Positions 42,045 to 56,826 of a stretch of 64,000 bases of DNA are shown here, one piece after another. Position 1 is the first letter of the stretch; every line of letters starts with the position of its first letter. The DNA is taken from positions 6,014,001 to 6,078,000 of the forward strand of contig OZ024761.1 of assembly GCA_964016885.1 (NCBI GenBank), written 5' to 3'. Made by a program: the position numbers and the translations under genes. The stretch comes from Eledone cirrhosa (lineage: Eukaryota). Below the pieces are notes generated by a model. That model made no database searches and was not told the origin of the DNA. It saw nothing but the letters and a program-made list of their open reading frames with translations.

Positions 42045-42790
42045 GGGGGGGGGTATTAGTGGTGGAGGTGTTGGTGGAGGTGGTGTTGGTGGTGGTTGTA
42101 GTGCTGGTACTGATGGTGGTGGTGTTGGTGGGGGTATTAGTGGTGGTAGTGGTGGAGGTGGTGGTGGTGTTGGTGGTGGTTGTAGTGCTGGTACTGATGG
42201 TGGTGGTGGTGGTGGGGGTATTAGTGGTGGTAGTGGTGGAGGTGGTGGTGGTGTTGGTGGTGGTTGTAGTGCTGGTACTGATGGTAGTGGTGTTGGTGGG
42301 GGTATTAGTGGTGGTAGTGGTGGAGGTGGTGGTGGTGTTGGTGGTGGTTGTAGTGCTGGTACTGATGGTGGTGGTGTTGGTGGGGGTATTAGTGGTGGTG
42401 GTGGTGGAGGTGGTGGTGGTGTTGGTGGTGGTTGTAGTGCTGGTACTGATGGTGGTGGTGTTGGTGGGGGTATTAGTGGTGGTGGTGGTGGAGGTGGTGG
42501 TGGTGTTGGTGGTGGTTGTAGTGCTGGTACTGATGGTGGTGGTGGGGGTGGGGGTATTAGTGGTGGTGGTGGTGGAGGTGGTGGTGGTGTTGGTGGTGGT
42601 TGTAGTGCTGGTACTGATGGTGGTGGTGTTGGTGGGGGTATTAGTGGTGGTAGTGGTGGAGGTGGAGGTGGTGTTGGTGGTGGTTGTAGTGCTGGTACTG
42701 ATGGTGGTGGGGGTGGTGGGGGTATTAGTGGTGGTGGTGGTAGTGGTGGAGGTGGTGGTGCCGTTGGTGGTGGTTGTAGTGGTGGTTCTG
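42045..42790. repeat. 84-bp GGT-rich minisatellite, about 9 units
   Basis: ggtattagt recurs at 42133, 42217, 42301 ... 42721. Confidence 0.92.
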
Positions 42791-43199
42791 ATTGGGGGTG
42801 GGGTGGCGGGTGAAGGTGTTAGTGGTGGAGGTGGTCGTGGTGGCTGGTCGTCATCGTTATGGGATTTGTTTTGGTGGCGGTGGTGGTGGTGGTGGTGGTG
42901 GTAGTGGTGGTGGTGGTGGTGGTGGTGCTGTTCGTGATAGTGGCGGTTGAGGTTGTCGTTAGGGGGTGCTAGTGTTGGTGTTGGTGTTGGCGGTCGTCGT
43001 CGTCGTGGTTGTGGTAGGTGTGTGTGTGTGGGGGGGGGGTGTAGTGAGAGGGAAGAGGTTAATATGTTATGACGAAACAAAAGCTAATATCAGCTGAGTC
43101 GGCCAGAATACTTTCATAACTTCCGGTGGGAACAAAATAGAAGAAAACTTAAACAAAGAAAGGACAACAAATAAAATGGCGCAAAATTAATGTTATTGC

Positions 43200-43390
<191 letters not shown>

Positions 43391-43393
43391 GTC

Positions 43394-43446
<53 letters not shown>

Positions 43447-43741
43447 GAGAGAGAGAGAGATTTACACGCACGTGTGCGTGTTTGATTTTCGTGTTTGTCT
43501 GTATGAATGTGTGTGTGTGTGTGTATAAATGTGTGTGTGTGTGTGCATGTATGTGTGTGTATATATGTGTGTGTGTGTGTGTGCATGTATGTGTGTGTAT
43601 ATATGTATGTGTGTGTGTGTGTGCGTGTATGTGTGTGTATATATGTGTGTGTGTGTGCATGTATGTGTGTGTATATATGTATGTATGTGTGTGTGGCGGC
43701 GGGGAGGGGGGGGGGAAGATGATACGGCAAGACCTACTGAC

Positions 43742-43909
43742 CCAGATTCAGGAAGTCTTGGAGACTTTCACAGGGACAAATGATCTCGTTTTGAGGGGTG
43801 GCTGGCGTGGGAATACGGGTGGGATAAGAATCAGGTTTAGGGAAGCTGTCGTAATGTGTCGCATGACATCTCTGGGGAGTTCCACGGCCTTCGTTCACTC
43901 CACTACACC
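43742..43909 (-). CDS. Probable second coding exon ([56 protein letters not shown])
   Basis: cttctctgtag acceptor and GTCAGT donor; 168 nt, phase 1 to 1; the only open frame is the one matching exon 1. Confidence 0.7.
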
Positions 43910-44069
43910 CTACAGAGAAGTAGATAGATAGAGAGAGAGAGAGAGATATATATATAGATAGATAGGGAGAGGGAGAGAGAGTACAGAGGGAGGGGTGAGG
44001 AGTTAGAATTAAAATATCAATGAATTCTTGGGAAATATTTTAAATACACAGAAATAAACTAATTGCATA

Positions 44070-44075
44070 TGTAAG

Positions 44076-44153
<78 letters not shown>

Positions 44154-44207
44154 CTTATATATAAATATATACTTACATATATATATATATACTTACATAT
44201 ATGTACT

Positions 44208-44239
<32 letters not shown>

Positions 44240-44296
44240 CTTACATACATACATACATATATATATGTATGTATGTATGTAAGTATATGTATGTAA

Positions 44297-44347
<51 letters not shown>

Positions 44348-44455
44348 TATACTTACATACATACATACATACATATATATATGTATGTAAGTATATATAT
44401 ATATATATACATATATATACTTACATACATATATATATGTATGTATGTATGTAAG

Positions 44456-44492
<37 letters not shown>

Positions 44493-44545
44493 GTATATGT
44501 ATGTATGTATGTAAGTATATGTATGTATGTATGTATGTATGTAAG

Positions 44546-44577
<32 letters not shown>

Positions 44578-44640
44578 TGTCTGTAAGTATATATATATAT
44601 GTATGTATGTAAGCATATATATATGTATGTATATGCGCAC
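44070..44640. repeat. (TA)n/(TATG)n microsatellite
   Basis: Visible in sequence. Confidence 0.95.
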
Positions 44641-44863
44641 ACACATATATATCTATTTATATGAGAGAGTGGGGAGAAGAAAAAATTATATATATATACA
44701 ATATATATATTAATTGTATATTCACATATATATATTTATACACACACTTCGAAACACTCGTGTATAAATATCATACATGGATACAGATATATCTGTAGCA
44801 TATATCTACCTCGTGTATACAGTCATATCACTGCTACACACACACACACATATATATATATAA

Positions 44864-44929
<66 letters not shown>

Positions 44930-44938
<9 letters not shown>

Positions 44939-46355
44939 GAGATACACACACGGAAGGAGACACACACACACACGGAAGGAGACACACACACACGGAAGGA
45001 GACACACACACACGGAAGGAGACACACACACACACGGAAGGAGATACACACACGGAATGAGAGACACACACACAGGGAAGGAGACACACACACGGAAGGA
45101 GACACACACACACACACGGAAGGAGACACACACACACGGAAGGAGACACACACACGGAATGAGAGACACACACGGAAGGAGACACACACACGGAAGGAGA
45201 CACACACACACGGAAGGAGACACACACACACACACAGAAGGAGACACACACACACGGAAGGAGACACACACACGGAAGGAGACACACACACACGGAAGGA
45301 GACACACACACACACACAGAAGGAGACACACACACACGGAAGGAGACACACACACGGAATGAGAGACACACACGGAAGGAGAGACACACACACGGAAGGA
45401 GATACACACACACGGAAGGAGAGACACACACACACACGGAAGGAGACACACACACGGAAGGAGAGACACACACACACGGAAGGAGAGACACACACACACA
45501 CGGAAGGAGAGACACACACACGGAAGGAGACACACACACGGAAGGAGAGACACACACACGGAAGGAGAGACACACACACGAAAGGAGAGACACACACACG
45601 GAAGGAGAGACACACACACGGAAGGAGAGACACACACACGGAAGGAGAGACACACACACGGAAGGAGAGACACACACACGGAAGGAGAGACACACACACA
45701 CGGAAGGAGAGACACACACACACACGGAAGGAGAGACACACACACGGAAGGAGACACACACACGGAAGGAGACACACACACGGAAGGAGAGACACACACA
45801 CGGAAGGAGAGACACACACACACACGGAAGGAGAGACACACACACGGAAGGAGACACACACACGGAAGGAGAGACACACACACGGAAGGAGACACACACA
45901 CGGAAGGAGACACACACACGGAAGGAGAGACACACACACGGAAGGAGAGACACACACACGAAAGGAGAGACACACACACGGAAGGAGAGACACACACACG
46001 GAAGGAGAGACACACACACGGAAGGAGAGACACACACACGGAAGGAGAGACACACACACGGAAGGAGACACACACACACGGAAGGAGACACACACACGGA
46101 AGGAGAGACACACACACGGAACGAAAGAGACACACACACGGAAGGAGAGACACACACACGGAAGGAGAGACACACACACGGAAGGAGACACACACACGAA
46201 AGGAGAGACACACACACGGAAGGAGAGACACACACACGAAAGGAGAGACACACACACGGAAGGAGACACACACACGGAAGGAGAGACACACACACGGAAG
46301 GAGACACACACACACGGAAGGAGACACACACACACATACACACACACACGGAAGG
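44930..46355. repeat. 18-24 bp minisatellite (CA)n-CGGAAGGAGA(GA)
   Basis: Visible; source of the 500-aa CVCVS ORFs. Confidence 0.96.
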
Positions 46356-46452
46356 ATACACAAGGACACACACACACACTACGGATATAGACACACACAC
46401 ACACTACGGATATAGACACACACATTCGCACACACAGAAACACAGCTTTTCA

Positions 46453-46466
46453 TCAGCAGGTGGCGC
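46453..46466 (+). promoter_or_regulatory. CTCF-like motif
   Basis: TCAGCAGGTGGCGC closely matches CCASYAGRKGGCRS and lies in a short unique island. Confidence 0.35.
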
Positions 46467-46559
46467 ACGCGAATATGCATGTATATATATATATATATAT
46501 GTATATGTATATATATGTATATATATATATATGTGTGTATATATATATATATGTGTGTG

Positions 46560-46624
<65 letters not shown>

Positions 46625-46712
46625 AAGTATGTATGTATACGTACATACATATATGTATACAGACATACAGTAGTATGTATATATATACATACATGACAAC
46701 ATATATATATAT

Positions 46713-46752
<40 letters not shown>

Positions 46753-46903
46753 GCACGTATTGGTTTACCGAACATTTATTATGCAAATTAGGCTGCTCAC
46801 CCGTTAAAAACACTTGTGGATAGTGAAGTTTTAAATCAACATGATATGTTGATTTAAAACTGCACTATCCACAAGTGTTTTTAACCTTCATATCATGTCC
46901 TCC

Positions 46904-46974
46904 TATTTTATCTGATGAAAACACAAATGTTATTGCGTGATGATATTTGTTTTTGAAATGCGCATAATAAAATA
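46904..46974 (+). ncRNA. Hammerhead ribozyme, family B
   Basis: TATTTTAT-CTGATGA-stem II-GAAA-TGCGCA-TA-ATAAAATA within a fold-back fragment at 46800-47100. Confidence 0.8.
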
Positions 46975-47101
46975 CATGGAACTCATTTAACCATCTTTTG
47001 ATCTTATATATTATGTATACTCCAGTCCTACAAACTGTAGAGTGCTTCTTATCCGATATCTGCATTGCTTTATTGTACTACAATAAAACTCAGCTCCTAC
47101 A

Positions 47102-47132
<31 letters not shown>

Positions 47133-47146
47133 GTATATATATATAC

Positions 47147-47237
<91 letters not shown>

Positions 47238-47266
47238 TATATAATTGCTTCAAATTTTTTGGCTAA

Positions 47267-48022
47267 GATACGAATACCAGGTACAAACGCCTAACAGAAC
47301 TAAGAGAATTTTTGCTCAAACAAAAATACCCATCTCTACTTATAGAAAATGGCATACAGCGGGCTATAAAAATACCTATACAACAACTTAGGACAACCCA
47401 AGGAAGAAGAAACCAAGAACTGGTCATACCATTTATAATGACACACAACCCATGTCACCAGAATATCTTCAACACTGCCAAAGAAGACCTACCGATCATT
47501 GCTCAAAGTAATGAATTAAAAGGCTTAATCACAGATCGATCTTTGACTCTTAGTAAAAGACAGCCAAAAAATTTGAAGCAATTACTAACAGAAGCAAAGT
47601 TTGACCTTAACAACAAAGACCAATTATTCACTGTATCTAAATGCAATGATAGTCGATGCGGCACATGTCAATCCATACACGCCGGTCAATATATGAAAAC
47701 AAAAACTGGAAAAATATTCCCAAATGCAAATATGAACTGCAAAAGCAGAAATCTAATTTACTGCATTAAATGCCCGAATTGTGAAGAACTATATGTCGGT
47801 CAAACTGGAAATGCACTATCGGAACGTGCACGGGTACACCGTCAACAAATCAGAGACCCAAATGTCCGTCAGATACCCCTAAGTAACCATCTAGCAACAT
47901 GTGGTCAGGGAATATTTATAATATTCCCATTCTACAAATTACACAGCCCAAGTGAAAGCAAGAGAAAAATCAAAGAAAAGAATTTTATTTATAAATTCAA
48001 GCCCAAGCTAAATGAACAATAA
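47267..48022 (+). CDS. PLE ORF C-terminal part: RT thumb, Cys-rich linker, GIY-YIG endonuclease (5'-truncated, open)
   Basis: CNDSRCGTC linker; [20 protein letters not shown]; R..H..H; KE..FI.K.KP.LN. Confidence 0.9.
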   Translation, partial: DTNTRYKRLTELREFLLKQKYPSLLIENGIQRAIKIPIQQLRTTQGRRNQELVIPFIMTHNPCHQNIFNTAKEDLPIIAQSNELKGLITDRSLTLSKRQPKNLKQLLTEAKFDLNNKDQLFTVSKCNDSRCGTCQSIHAGQYMKTKTGKIFPNANMNCKSRNLIYCIKCPNCEELYVGQTGNALSERARVHRQQIRDPNVRQIPLSNHLATCGQGIFIIFPFYKLHSPSESKRKIKEKNFIYKFKPKLNEQ

Positions 48023-48069
48023 TAACGCTTAGGGGTATTACTTCTACTACCACTATGACTACGACCACT

Positions 48070-48102
<33 letters not shown>

Positions 48103-48410
48103 AATAATAAAAGTGATGTTGATGGTGATGATTAATAGAAAATGCTATTTTCATCATTTCTAAAAATAGCAAAACAATTGATGCTTTGGATATGATTAAT
48201 TATTGGTCGTTAGACATGCTCAACCAGCCGTAACGCTTAAACCAATCAGCTTTAGTAATTCAGTGAAACTACACACTGATTGGTCGAAATACAGTTTGCA
48301 GGATTTAGCATTCTGGAGCCACTTTTCCCTGTATAAAATGTATAAAAGGTAGGAAATTTACCCATCTTATTACAGTTGAAAATTGCAAACTTGACTGTCA
48401 CCACATATTA

Positions 48411-48449
48411 TGAACCTGAAGATTGCGAAAGCATGAAAGTACTTGTTCA
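48411..48449 (+). ncRNA. Minimal hammerhead ribozyme in PLE pLTR
   Basis: TGAAC-CTGAAGA-tTGC gaaa GCAt-GAAA-GTAC-TT-GTTCA. Confidence 0.85.
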
Positions 48450-48564
48450 ATTAACACTTAGAATTTAATATTCTATCATACTATTTCATTATAATACCAT
48501 TATAAATTTTAAAGGATTGTAAATAAAACGAGTAAATCAGACAAAGTTGGAATTCCTCTTATTA

Positions 48565-49742
<1,178 letters not shown>

Positions 49743-49773
49743 GTTATTCCAGGTTGAATCGGAGGTAACCACA

Positions 49774-49821
49774 GATTCCTGATGATTTCTAAAGAATGAA
49801 ACTTTCTAGTCCTGTAGAATC
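49774..49821 (+). ncRNA. Hammerhead ribozyme, family G
   Basis: GATTC-CTGATGA-tTTCT aa AGAAt-GAAA-C..G-TA-GAATC. Confidence 0.65.
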
Positions 49822-49836
49822 TCATCTATATTAAAA

Positions 49837-49878
<42 letters not shown>

Positions 49879-50069
49879 GTATATATATATGTCTCTCTCT
49901 CTCTTCTCATATATATATATATACATATAAGCAGAAGGGATATTCAATTTGTTGGTAACAAATATTTATAACTGATTCAGAGCACTCAACATTTTTCTGG
50001 AGTATAATATACAATGATATTAAATAAATGGAAACTATATTTAGAAAACCATATTTACTCTATTATTCG

Positions 50070-50130
50070 TATTTTATCTGATGAGAGCGTACCAAAATTT
50101 TGGTACCTTTGAAATATATATAATAGAATA
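50070..50130 (+). ncRNA. Hammerhead ribozyme, family C
   Basis: TATTTTAT-CTGATGA-..GTACCA/TGGTAC..-GAAA-TATATA-TA-ATAGAATA; inverted pLTR piece immediately upstream. Confidence 0.8.
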
Positions 50131-50171
50131 AATATGGTTTTATAAATATAGTTTCCATTTATTAATATCAT

Positions 50172-50232
<61 letters not shown>

Positions 50233-50239
<7 letters not shown>

Positions 50240-51125
50240 GTGAGGTTTTTTTTACAAAATGAAAAATAACCGAGGTGTCCTACACGAGTGAAAGTATAAA
50301 GAAAAAGAGATGAAATCGAAAATGCAACTGAAGTCTTATTTTTTTTAAAAAATATATATATTTATTTGGTTCCTTTACCGGTTTCGCAGTTCTTCTGCTT
50401 TTCAAAAGGTGAGTTGAGATGGAGGGTCTGTGGTTTTTATCACATCTGGTTGGTCTCTGAATGTTACTTGTTTTATATGGAAAAAGGGGCTCGAAATGCC
50501 TGGTTTTTCGAGAAGTAATTTGATTGGTTTGTCAATAATTATAATAAATTTCGCGCCAGTTCGCGTTACAATAGTTCTTCAAATAAGAGGGGGGGGGTTG
50601 TCACAGGTTGTTTTTTCATATATGAGTGTTTGAATTTCTTTTTACTTGAAAAAAAGGAGGCTCACGAAGGCTTTTTTTTGGTTGGTTATAAATGAAATTA
50701 TGGCTGTCACGTGAACAAATTTTCATAAAATTTTTGTGCCCTTATTTGGAAATCCATTCTGTAGCCTTTTTAGAGAATTTTTTGATAAAAAGATAATGGT
50801 CAAGAGAAAGGGATGGGAGAATTGTTCTGGTTCAGTGAATATGGTTAGTTCGCTGGGGTGTCAGAATTCAGATTTTATCGTGTTTCTATATCTCTATGAT
50901 TCCGGTTTCTTCCATTCATTAATTTAATTTAAAATTTATTATATATATATATATATATGTGTGTGCTCTCTATATATATAGAGAGAAAAAGAGATGAAAT
51001 CGAAAATGCAACTGGAGTCTTATTTTTTTTTTAAATATATATATTTATTTGGTTCCTTTACCGGTTTCGCAGTTCTTCTGCTTTTCAAAAGTAGAGTTGA
51101 GATGGAGGGTCTGTGGTTTTTCTGT
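50233..51125 (-). mobile_element. Family E PLE 3' UTR/pLTR copies
   Basis: Reverse complement of about 10445-11024; two copies. Confidence 0.85.
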
Positions 51126-51221
51126 GGTAGAATACTGGAAGGTAATATCCGTAGTGGTAGAGCACTCTGTCCATGGGACGAGTTTGGTAGAAGTGGTAAC
51201 ACAACAGTTAGTTCACCATAC

Positions 51222-51259
51222 CGAGAACAATTGTTTCACCTTAGCGGATCCTCAGCTCG
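51222..51259 (-). ncRNA. Minimal hammerhead ribozyme, family I
   Basis: CGAG-CTGAGGA-tCC gctaa GGt-GAAA-CAATTG-TT-CTCG; inverted pLTR copy at 51265-51310. Confidence 0.75.
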
Positions 51260-51854
51260 TAATTACAATTGTTCTCGGTATGGTGAACTAACTGTTGTTA
51301 CCACTTCTATATATATATAATGTGTGCGTCTATGTGTGTGATGTGTGTGTGTATGATGTTTGTATGAGTGTGATGTATGTGTGTATGTGTATGGTGTGTG
51401 TATGAATGTGATGTTTGTGTATGAGTGTGATGTGTGTGTGTATGTGTGTGTATGGTGTGTGTATGAATGTGATGTGTGTGTATGTGTGTATGAATGTGAT
51501 GTGTGTGTGTTATGTGTGTGTCTATGGTGTGTGTATGTGGGTGATGTGTGTGTGTGCTATGTGTCTGTGTATGGTGTGTGTATGTGTGTGTATGAATGTG
51601 ATGTGTGTGTGTGTATAGTGTGTGTATGTGTGTGATGTGTGTGTGTATGGTGTGTCTGTGTGCTATGTGTGTGAGTATGGTGTGTGCATGTGGGTGATGT
51701 GTGTGTGTATGGTGTGTGCATGAATGTGATGCGTGTGTGCTATGTCTGTGTGTATGGTGTGTGTGTGTGTATGTGTGTGATGTGTGTGTGCACAAACAGA
51801 GAGAGAGAGAGAGAAGTGTGATGGACAGACAGACAGACAGACAGATATCCTTAC

Positions 51855-51996
51855 CATTCCTCATCGTACTTGTATTTGTGAAGAACTCCAACAAGAACAA
51901 CAACAACAATACTAAGTAGCAACGTTGCAGCTCCTTCTTCACACCGTTACCGGAAGCTGACTCCACCATTGGCGTCCATTTTGTCAGACTTTCCAT
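51855..51996 (-). CDS. Probable first coding exon with signal-peptide-like segment (MESLTKWTPMVESASGNGVKKELQRCYLVLLLLFLLEFFTNTSTMRN)
   Basis: ATG, basic residues, hydrophobic core, G/GTAAGG phase-1 donor; unique GC-richer island. Caveat: the poly-Leu is partly a (TTG)n repeat. Confidence 0.65.
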
Positions 51997-52078
51997 CACC
52001 ACCGCCGGCCGCTACTCCACCAACACATATACATGCTCATAGATTTTACACACGTACACATCCACAGGCATACGCACG

Positions 52079-52164
<86 letters not shown>

Positions 52165-52165
52165 T

Positions 52166-52204
<39 letters not shown>

Positions 52205-52281
52205 GTTTATAGGCATATATACGTGTATGTATATATATATATATGTTTGTGCATATATATACAACCAGTTTATGTATTTGC

Positions 52282-52322
<41 letters not shown>

Positions 52323-52435
52323 AGATTGTGGACTCCAGTGTGAGATTGGCATGTACAAACATCCGGGCTTTTCTCACGGCCAGATATAACTTTTGACAAA
52401 CAGCGTACGAAGCTGGAAGGACTGACAGGTTAGTT

Positions 52436-53683
52436 TACACACACATACATACATATACACACATATACATAAACATACACACACATATACACACACATAC
52501 ATACACATATACACACACATACATACACATATACACACACATACATAAACATACACACATACATACACATATACACACACATATACACACACATACATAC
52601 ACATATACACATACATACATACACATATACACACACATACATACACATATACACACACACACACACACATACATACACATATACACACATACATACACAT
52701 ATACACACACATACATACACATATACATACACATACATACACATATACACACACATACATACACATATACACACACATACATACACATATACACACACAT
52801 ACATACACATATACACACACATACATACACATATACACACACATACATACACATATACACACATACATACACATATACATACACATACATACACATATAC
52901 ACACACATACATACACATATACACATATACACATATACACACGCATAGATACACATATACACACATACATAGACACACATATACACACATACATACACAT
53001 ATACACAGATACATACACATATACATACACATACACACATACATACACATATACACATACATACATACACATATACACACACATACATATACACATACAT
53101 ATATACACACACATATACACATATTCACCTACACACACACACGTACACACACACACACACACACAGACTCTCTCTCACACAAACACAGTCTCAGACACAC
53201 ACACACACACAGTCTCAAACACTCACACAAGCATACACTCACTGACATACACACACTATCCCCTCCATACATACACACACATGCACGCACACACAGACAT
53301 ACATACATACATACACACACACACACTCATACGCACATCGACACTCACACAAGCATAATCTCACTAACATACACACTCTCCACTCCTTACACACACACAC
53401 ACATACACTCACTGACATATATATATATACACACACACAGGCACACACACACTCACATATATACACACACAGGCACATACACGCGCACACATATACACAA
53501 ACTCACACACACATATAAACACATACAGGCACACACACACACGCAGAAAAACACCGAGACTCAGAGACAGACACACGCCCATACAACCCCCCCGCCCTCA
53601 CCCCCACACCCACACACACAGCCAGCCACATAAACACACACACACACACACACACAGCCACACATACAAACACAAACACACAC

Positions 53684-53716
<33 letters not shown>

Positions 53717-53935
53717 TATATACATACACACACATACAGCCACACATACAAACACACACACACATATATATATATACAAACACACAAACACACACACACA
53801 TATATATATACACACACACACATACAGACACACATACAAACACACACACATATATACATATACATACGCACACATACAGCCAAACATACAAACACACACA
53901 CATACAGCGACACACAGCCACATACACACACATAT
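52436..53935. repeat. (CA/CATA) microsatellite block
   Basis: Visible in sequence. Confidence 0.93.
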
Positions 53936-53969
53936 ATGGAAGCCTCCGAAACGATATTGATCTCCGTAA

Positions 53970-54018
53970 GACAACCGATGCTTCCCAACTTTCTATTTCC
54001 TTTATATGGCCCACGTGT
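53970..54018 (-). promoter_or_regulatory. Candidate core promoter: E-box, TATA, Inr-like
   Basis: Minus strand CACGTG-ggcca-TATAAA (54006-54001) with TCGGTT 30 nt downstream (+1 about 53976); about 2 kb upstream of exon 1. Confidence 0.4.
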
Positions 54019-54024
54019 GTGTAT

Positions 54025-54059
<35 letters not shown>

Positions 54060-54062
<3 letters not shown>

Positions 54063-54713
54063 GAAAGATATGGGGAGAAGAATACTGCATGGTTGCACAT
54101 GGATAACATGTTATAAAATGAGTCCCTCATCAGTGATTTGCCAACGGTCATTGGTATTTCATTGCATTAAAAATCATATACCTCACGTTGGTGCAATAAT
54201 AACTAAAATAAGTTATTAGGTCAATTAAAACGCGAGCGAGACAAGTAAACAACACAGAGGAAAGCTAACCGAAGATAGGAAGAAACATAAGCTACATAGT
54301 TATTCTATCAGTATAAGCTGGGTGAGTATATGAGCGAGTAAGAAATAGACCTTTCGCGATGAATCCGATGTAAGAAAGAAGGAAATCGTTTTCGTAGCGA
54401 ACGGGGGGAAGTGAGAAGGGGAGAAACAGTGAGTGAGTGAGTGAGTGGAAGTGCGAGGAAGAGGTCAGTAGAGAGAAAGTGTTAACTGACATGACAGAGG
54501 GGACGAAAGAAAGTAAGAGAAACAGAGAGAACGAGGGAGCAGTAAGAGAGAGAGAGAGATAAACAGAATCGCAGTTTAGGTAAATATATGTGAAAAATAT
54601 GGGGAGAAGAATACTGCATGGTTGCACATGGATAACATGTTATAAAATGAGTCCCTCATCAGTGATTTGCCAACGGTCATTGGTATTTCATTGCATTAAA
54701 AATCATATACCTC
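54060..54713 (-). mobile_element. Family P element with 529-bp direct-repeat spacing
   Basis: 54069-54185 is identical to 54598-54713; flanked by (TA)n; non-coding interior. Confidence 0.75.
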
Positions 54714-54955
54714 ATATATATATATAATTGGTGTTGGATGCTTAAAGCGTCCGTATGCGGTAGGCCGTTTCAGCACTCAATACTCTCATAGAGCAGAGTA
54801 TGATATCACAGAATCAAGACGTATCTGAGGACCTTGGGATTTTCAGAGTCAGGTTCGATCATCACATCGATCGTGCCTCTAGCTGGTGGCCAGAGAAATG
54901 ATTGTAATATGTCCAATAAATTCCATTCGTCACAACACTGATTCTCATTTTTTCT

Positions 54956-54998
<43 letters not shown>

Positions 54999-55183
54999 TG
55001 TATATATACATATGTTTGTATGAATGTATATATAGTGTATTTTGCAATACACTGTACGCTTAATTAAAAGCATTTCGAAGACCTTACGCTATTGTTTTAG
55101 AGTAGTGACAGTCTCACTTACTTTAATTTTCAGCAAACAGGGGAGATAAAGCTGACAGAGCTCTGTTTCGCACTGATTATTGG

Positions 55184-55370
55184 ATTGGCAGTATCGGTAG
55201 AGGGTCGGATACCATGCTTTGACGCATAGAGTTACGGCCCTTGCCAATCTGTGTTCAAATCTCGCCGAGGTTAACTTTGCCTTTCATCCTTACCGGGTCG
55301 ATAAAATAAAGTACCAGTAATGTACTGGGTAATTGCTGGCCTTGTGCCAATAGTAGAAACAATTATTACT
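55184..55370 (+). mobile_element. tRNA-derived SINE (same family as 27.9 kb)
   Basis: Shared head, actttgcctttcatcctt core and gaaacaatta tail. Confidence 0.9.
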
Positions 55371-55399
55371 AGAATTCTATACGAATCAAACTTTCATGA

Positions 55400-55492
55400 T
55401 TTTCAGCAAACAGGAGGAGTAGTTAGCTTTGATAAGCACCAAAAAGTGCGAAACAGAGCTCTGTCAGCTTTATCTCCCCTGTTTGCTGAAAA
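55400..55492 (+). ncRNA. Variant hammerhead with U3-A8 core and extended stem I (family J)
   Basis: TTTTCAGCAAACAGG..AGCT-TTGATAA-GCAC caaaaa GTGC-GAAA-CAGAGCTCTG-TC-AGCT..CCTGTTTGCTGAAAA. Confidence 0.8.
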
Positions 55493-55640
55493 TTAAAGTA
55501 AGTGAGACCGTCACTACTCTAAAACAATAGCGTAAGGTCTTCGAAATGCTTTTAATTAAGCATACAGTGTATTGCAAAATACACTATATATACATTCATA
55601 TATATATATCGCTATTTCAGAGCACCAATTCTAATATGTT

Positions 55641-55679
<39 letters not shown>

Positions 55680-55881
55680 ATAATAATAAAATTGAAGACT
55701 AAAATCCAAAGAGGGCTCGATAAGGATAAATATATATCAAATATATAAGAACCGTAGAGCAAATATTTATTAAAATAACAGATTAAAGTTTAAGCAAAGA
55801 ATCGCTGCTTTCACCCAGAAGATCCCGTTAAGGGTGAAAGCAGCGATTCTTTGCTTAAACTTTAATCTGTTATTTTAATAA

Positions 55882-55904
<23 letters not shown>

Positions 55905-55913
<9 letters not shown>

Positions 55914-56263
55914 GTGAGGTTTTTTTTACAAAATGAAAAATAACCGAGGTGTCCTACACGAGTGGAAGTATAAAGAAAAAGGGATGAAATCGAAAATGCA
56001 ACTGAAGTCTTATTTTTTTAAAAATATATATATTTATTTGGTTTCTTTACCGGTTTCGCAGTTCTTCTGCTTTTCAAAAGGTGAGTTGAGATGGAGGGTC
56101 TGTGGTTTTTCTCACATCTGAGAAAAACCACAGACCCTCCATCTCAACTCACCTTTTGAAAAGCAGAAGAACTGCGAAACCGGTAAAGGAACCAAATAAA
56201 TATATATATTTTTAAAAAAATAAGACTTCAGTTGCATTTTCGATTTCATCCCTTTTTCTTTAT
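55905..56263. mobile_element. Near-perfect palindrome of the family E pLTR
   Basis: Arms at 55969-56114 and 56119-56263 with a 4-nt loop. Confidence 0.9.
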
Positions 56264-56758
56264 ATATATATATATATATAAAACAAAGAAAGTGTGGTAA
56301 GATACCAGGTGGACCATAACGCACCAGAGTACTCGATACTTAGGGGGTAGTAAAGTGGGTAATAGGAAAAGAGTGAGGACCCCGACCGCTGATCTCCGGC
56401 CGTTTCAACAGCTAGATTCAGAGTAAGCCAGCAGTATTATGACGGCAGAAACCTAGCTAAACTTATCAAGGGGTACAGTCCATATATGGGCATGCAGTCA
56501 AAACAGAAATATCAAACGAAGCAATCCCCACATCATTGACCACTCCCCGTGACAGACAAGAAAAACAACAAATTTTTAGGATTGTTTGATTTGATATTTC
56601 TGCTTTTTTGGGGCGGTTTTAACTGGTAAGATAAATAGTGACATACCCAAGAAACCAGACCTTATCGGTTCAGGTTCAGTTTGGATAGTATCCAAACTGT
56701 ACCTGAACCGATAAGGTCTGGTTTATCGGGTATGTCAATATTTATAAAACAAATTTTG

Positions 56759-56826
56759 TATTTTATCTGATGAGAGTGTACCAAATACCAAAGGTTTGGT
56801 ACCCTTGAAATATATATAATAAAATA
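56759..56826 (+). ncRNA. Hammerhead ribozyme, family C
   Basis: TATTTTAT-CTGATGA-..-GAAA-TATATA-TA-ATAAAATA. Confidence 0.8.

Larger units (their letters stand above)
55019..55601. mobile_element. Fold-back PLE pLTR, family J, with a nested SINE
   Basis: About 155-bp inverted arms (55019-55174 and 55445-55601). Confidence 0.8.

Noticed and set aside
42040-42813. Gly-rich structural-protein-like ORF (GGGCSAGTDGG)
   Set aside because: 84-bp GGT minisatellite open in multiple frames; no unique coding flanks or splice support
44806-46443. Cys-rich 500-aa ORFs
   Set aside because: Translation of the (CA)n-GGAAGGAGA minisatellite
54121-54180. SECIS element (ATGA..AA..GA) in family P
   Set aside because: Spacing and helix II do not fit, the ATGA is not conserved in the 40.7 kb copy, and the GIY-YIG remnants here show Cys rather than in-frame TGA
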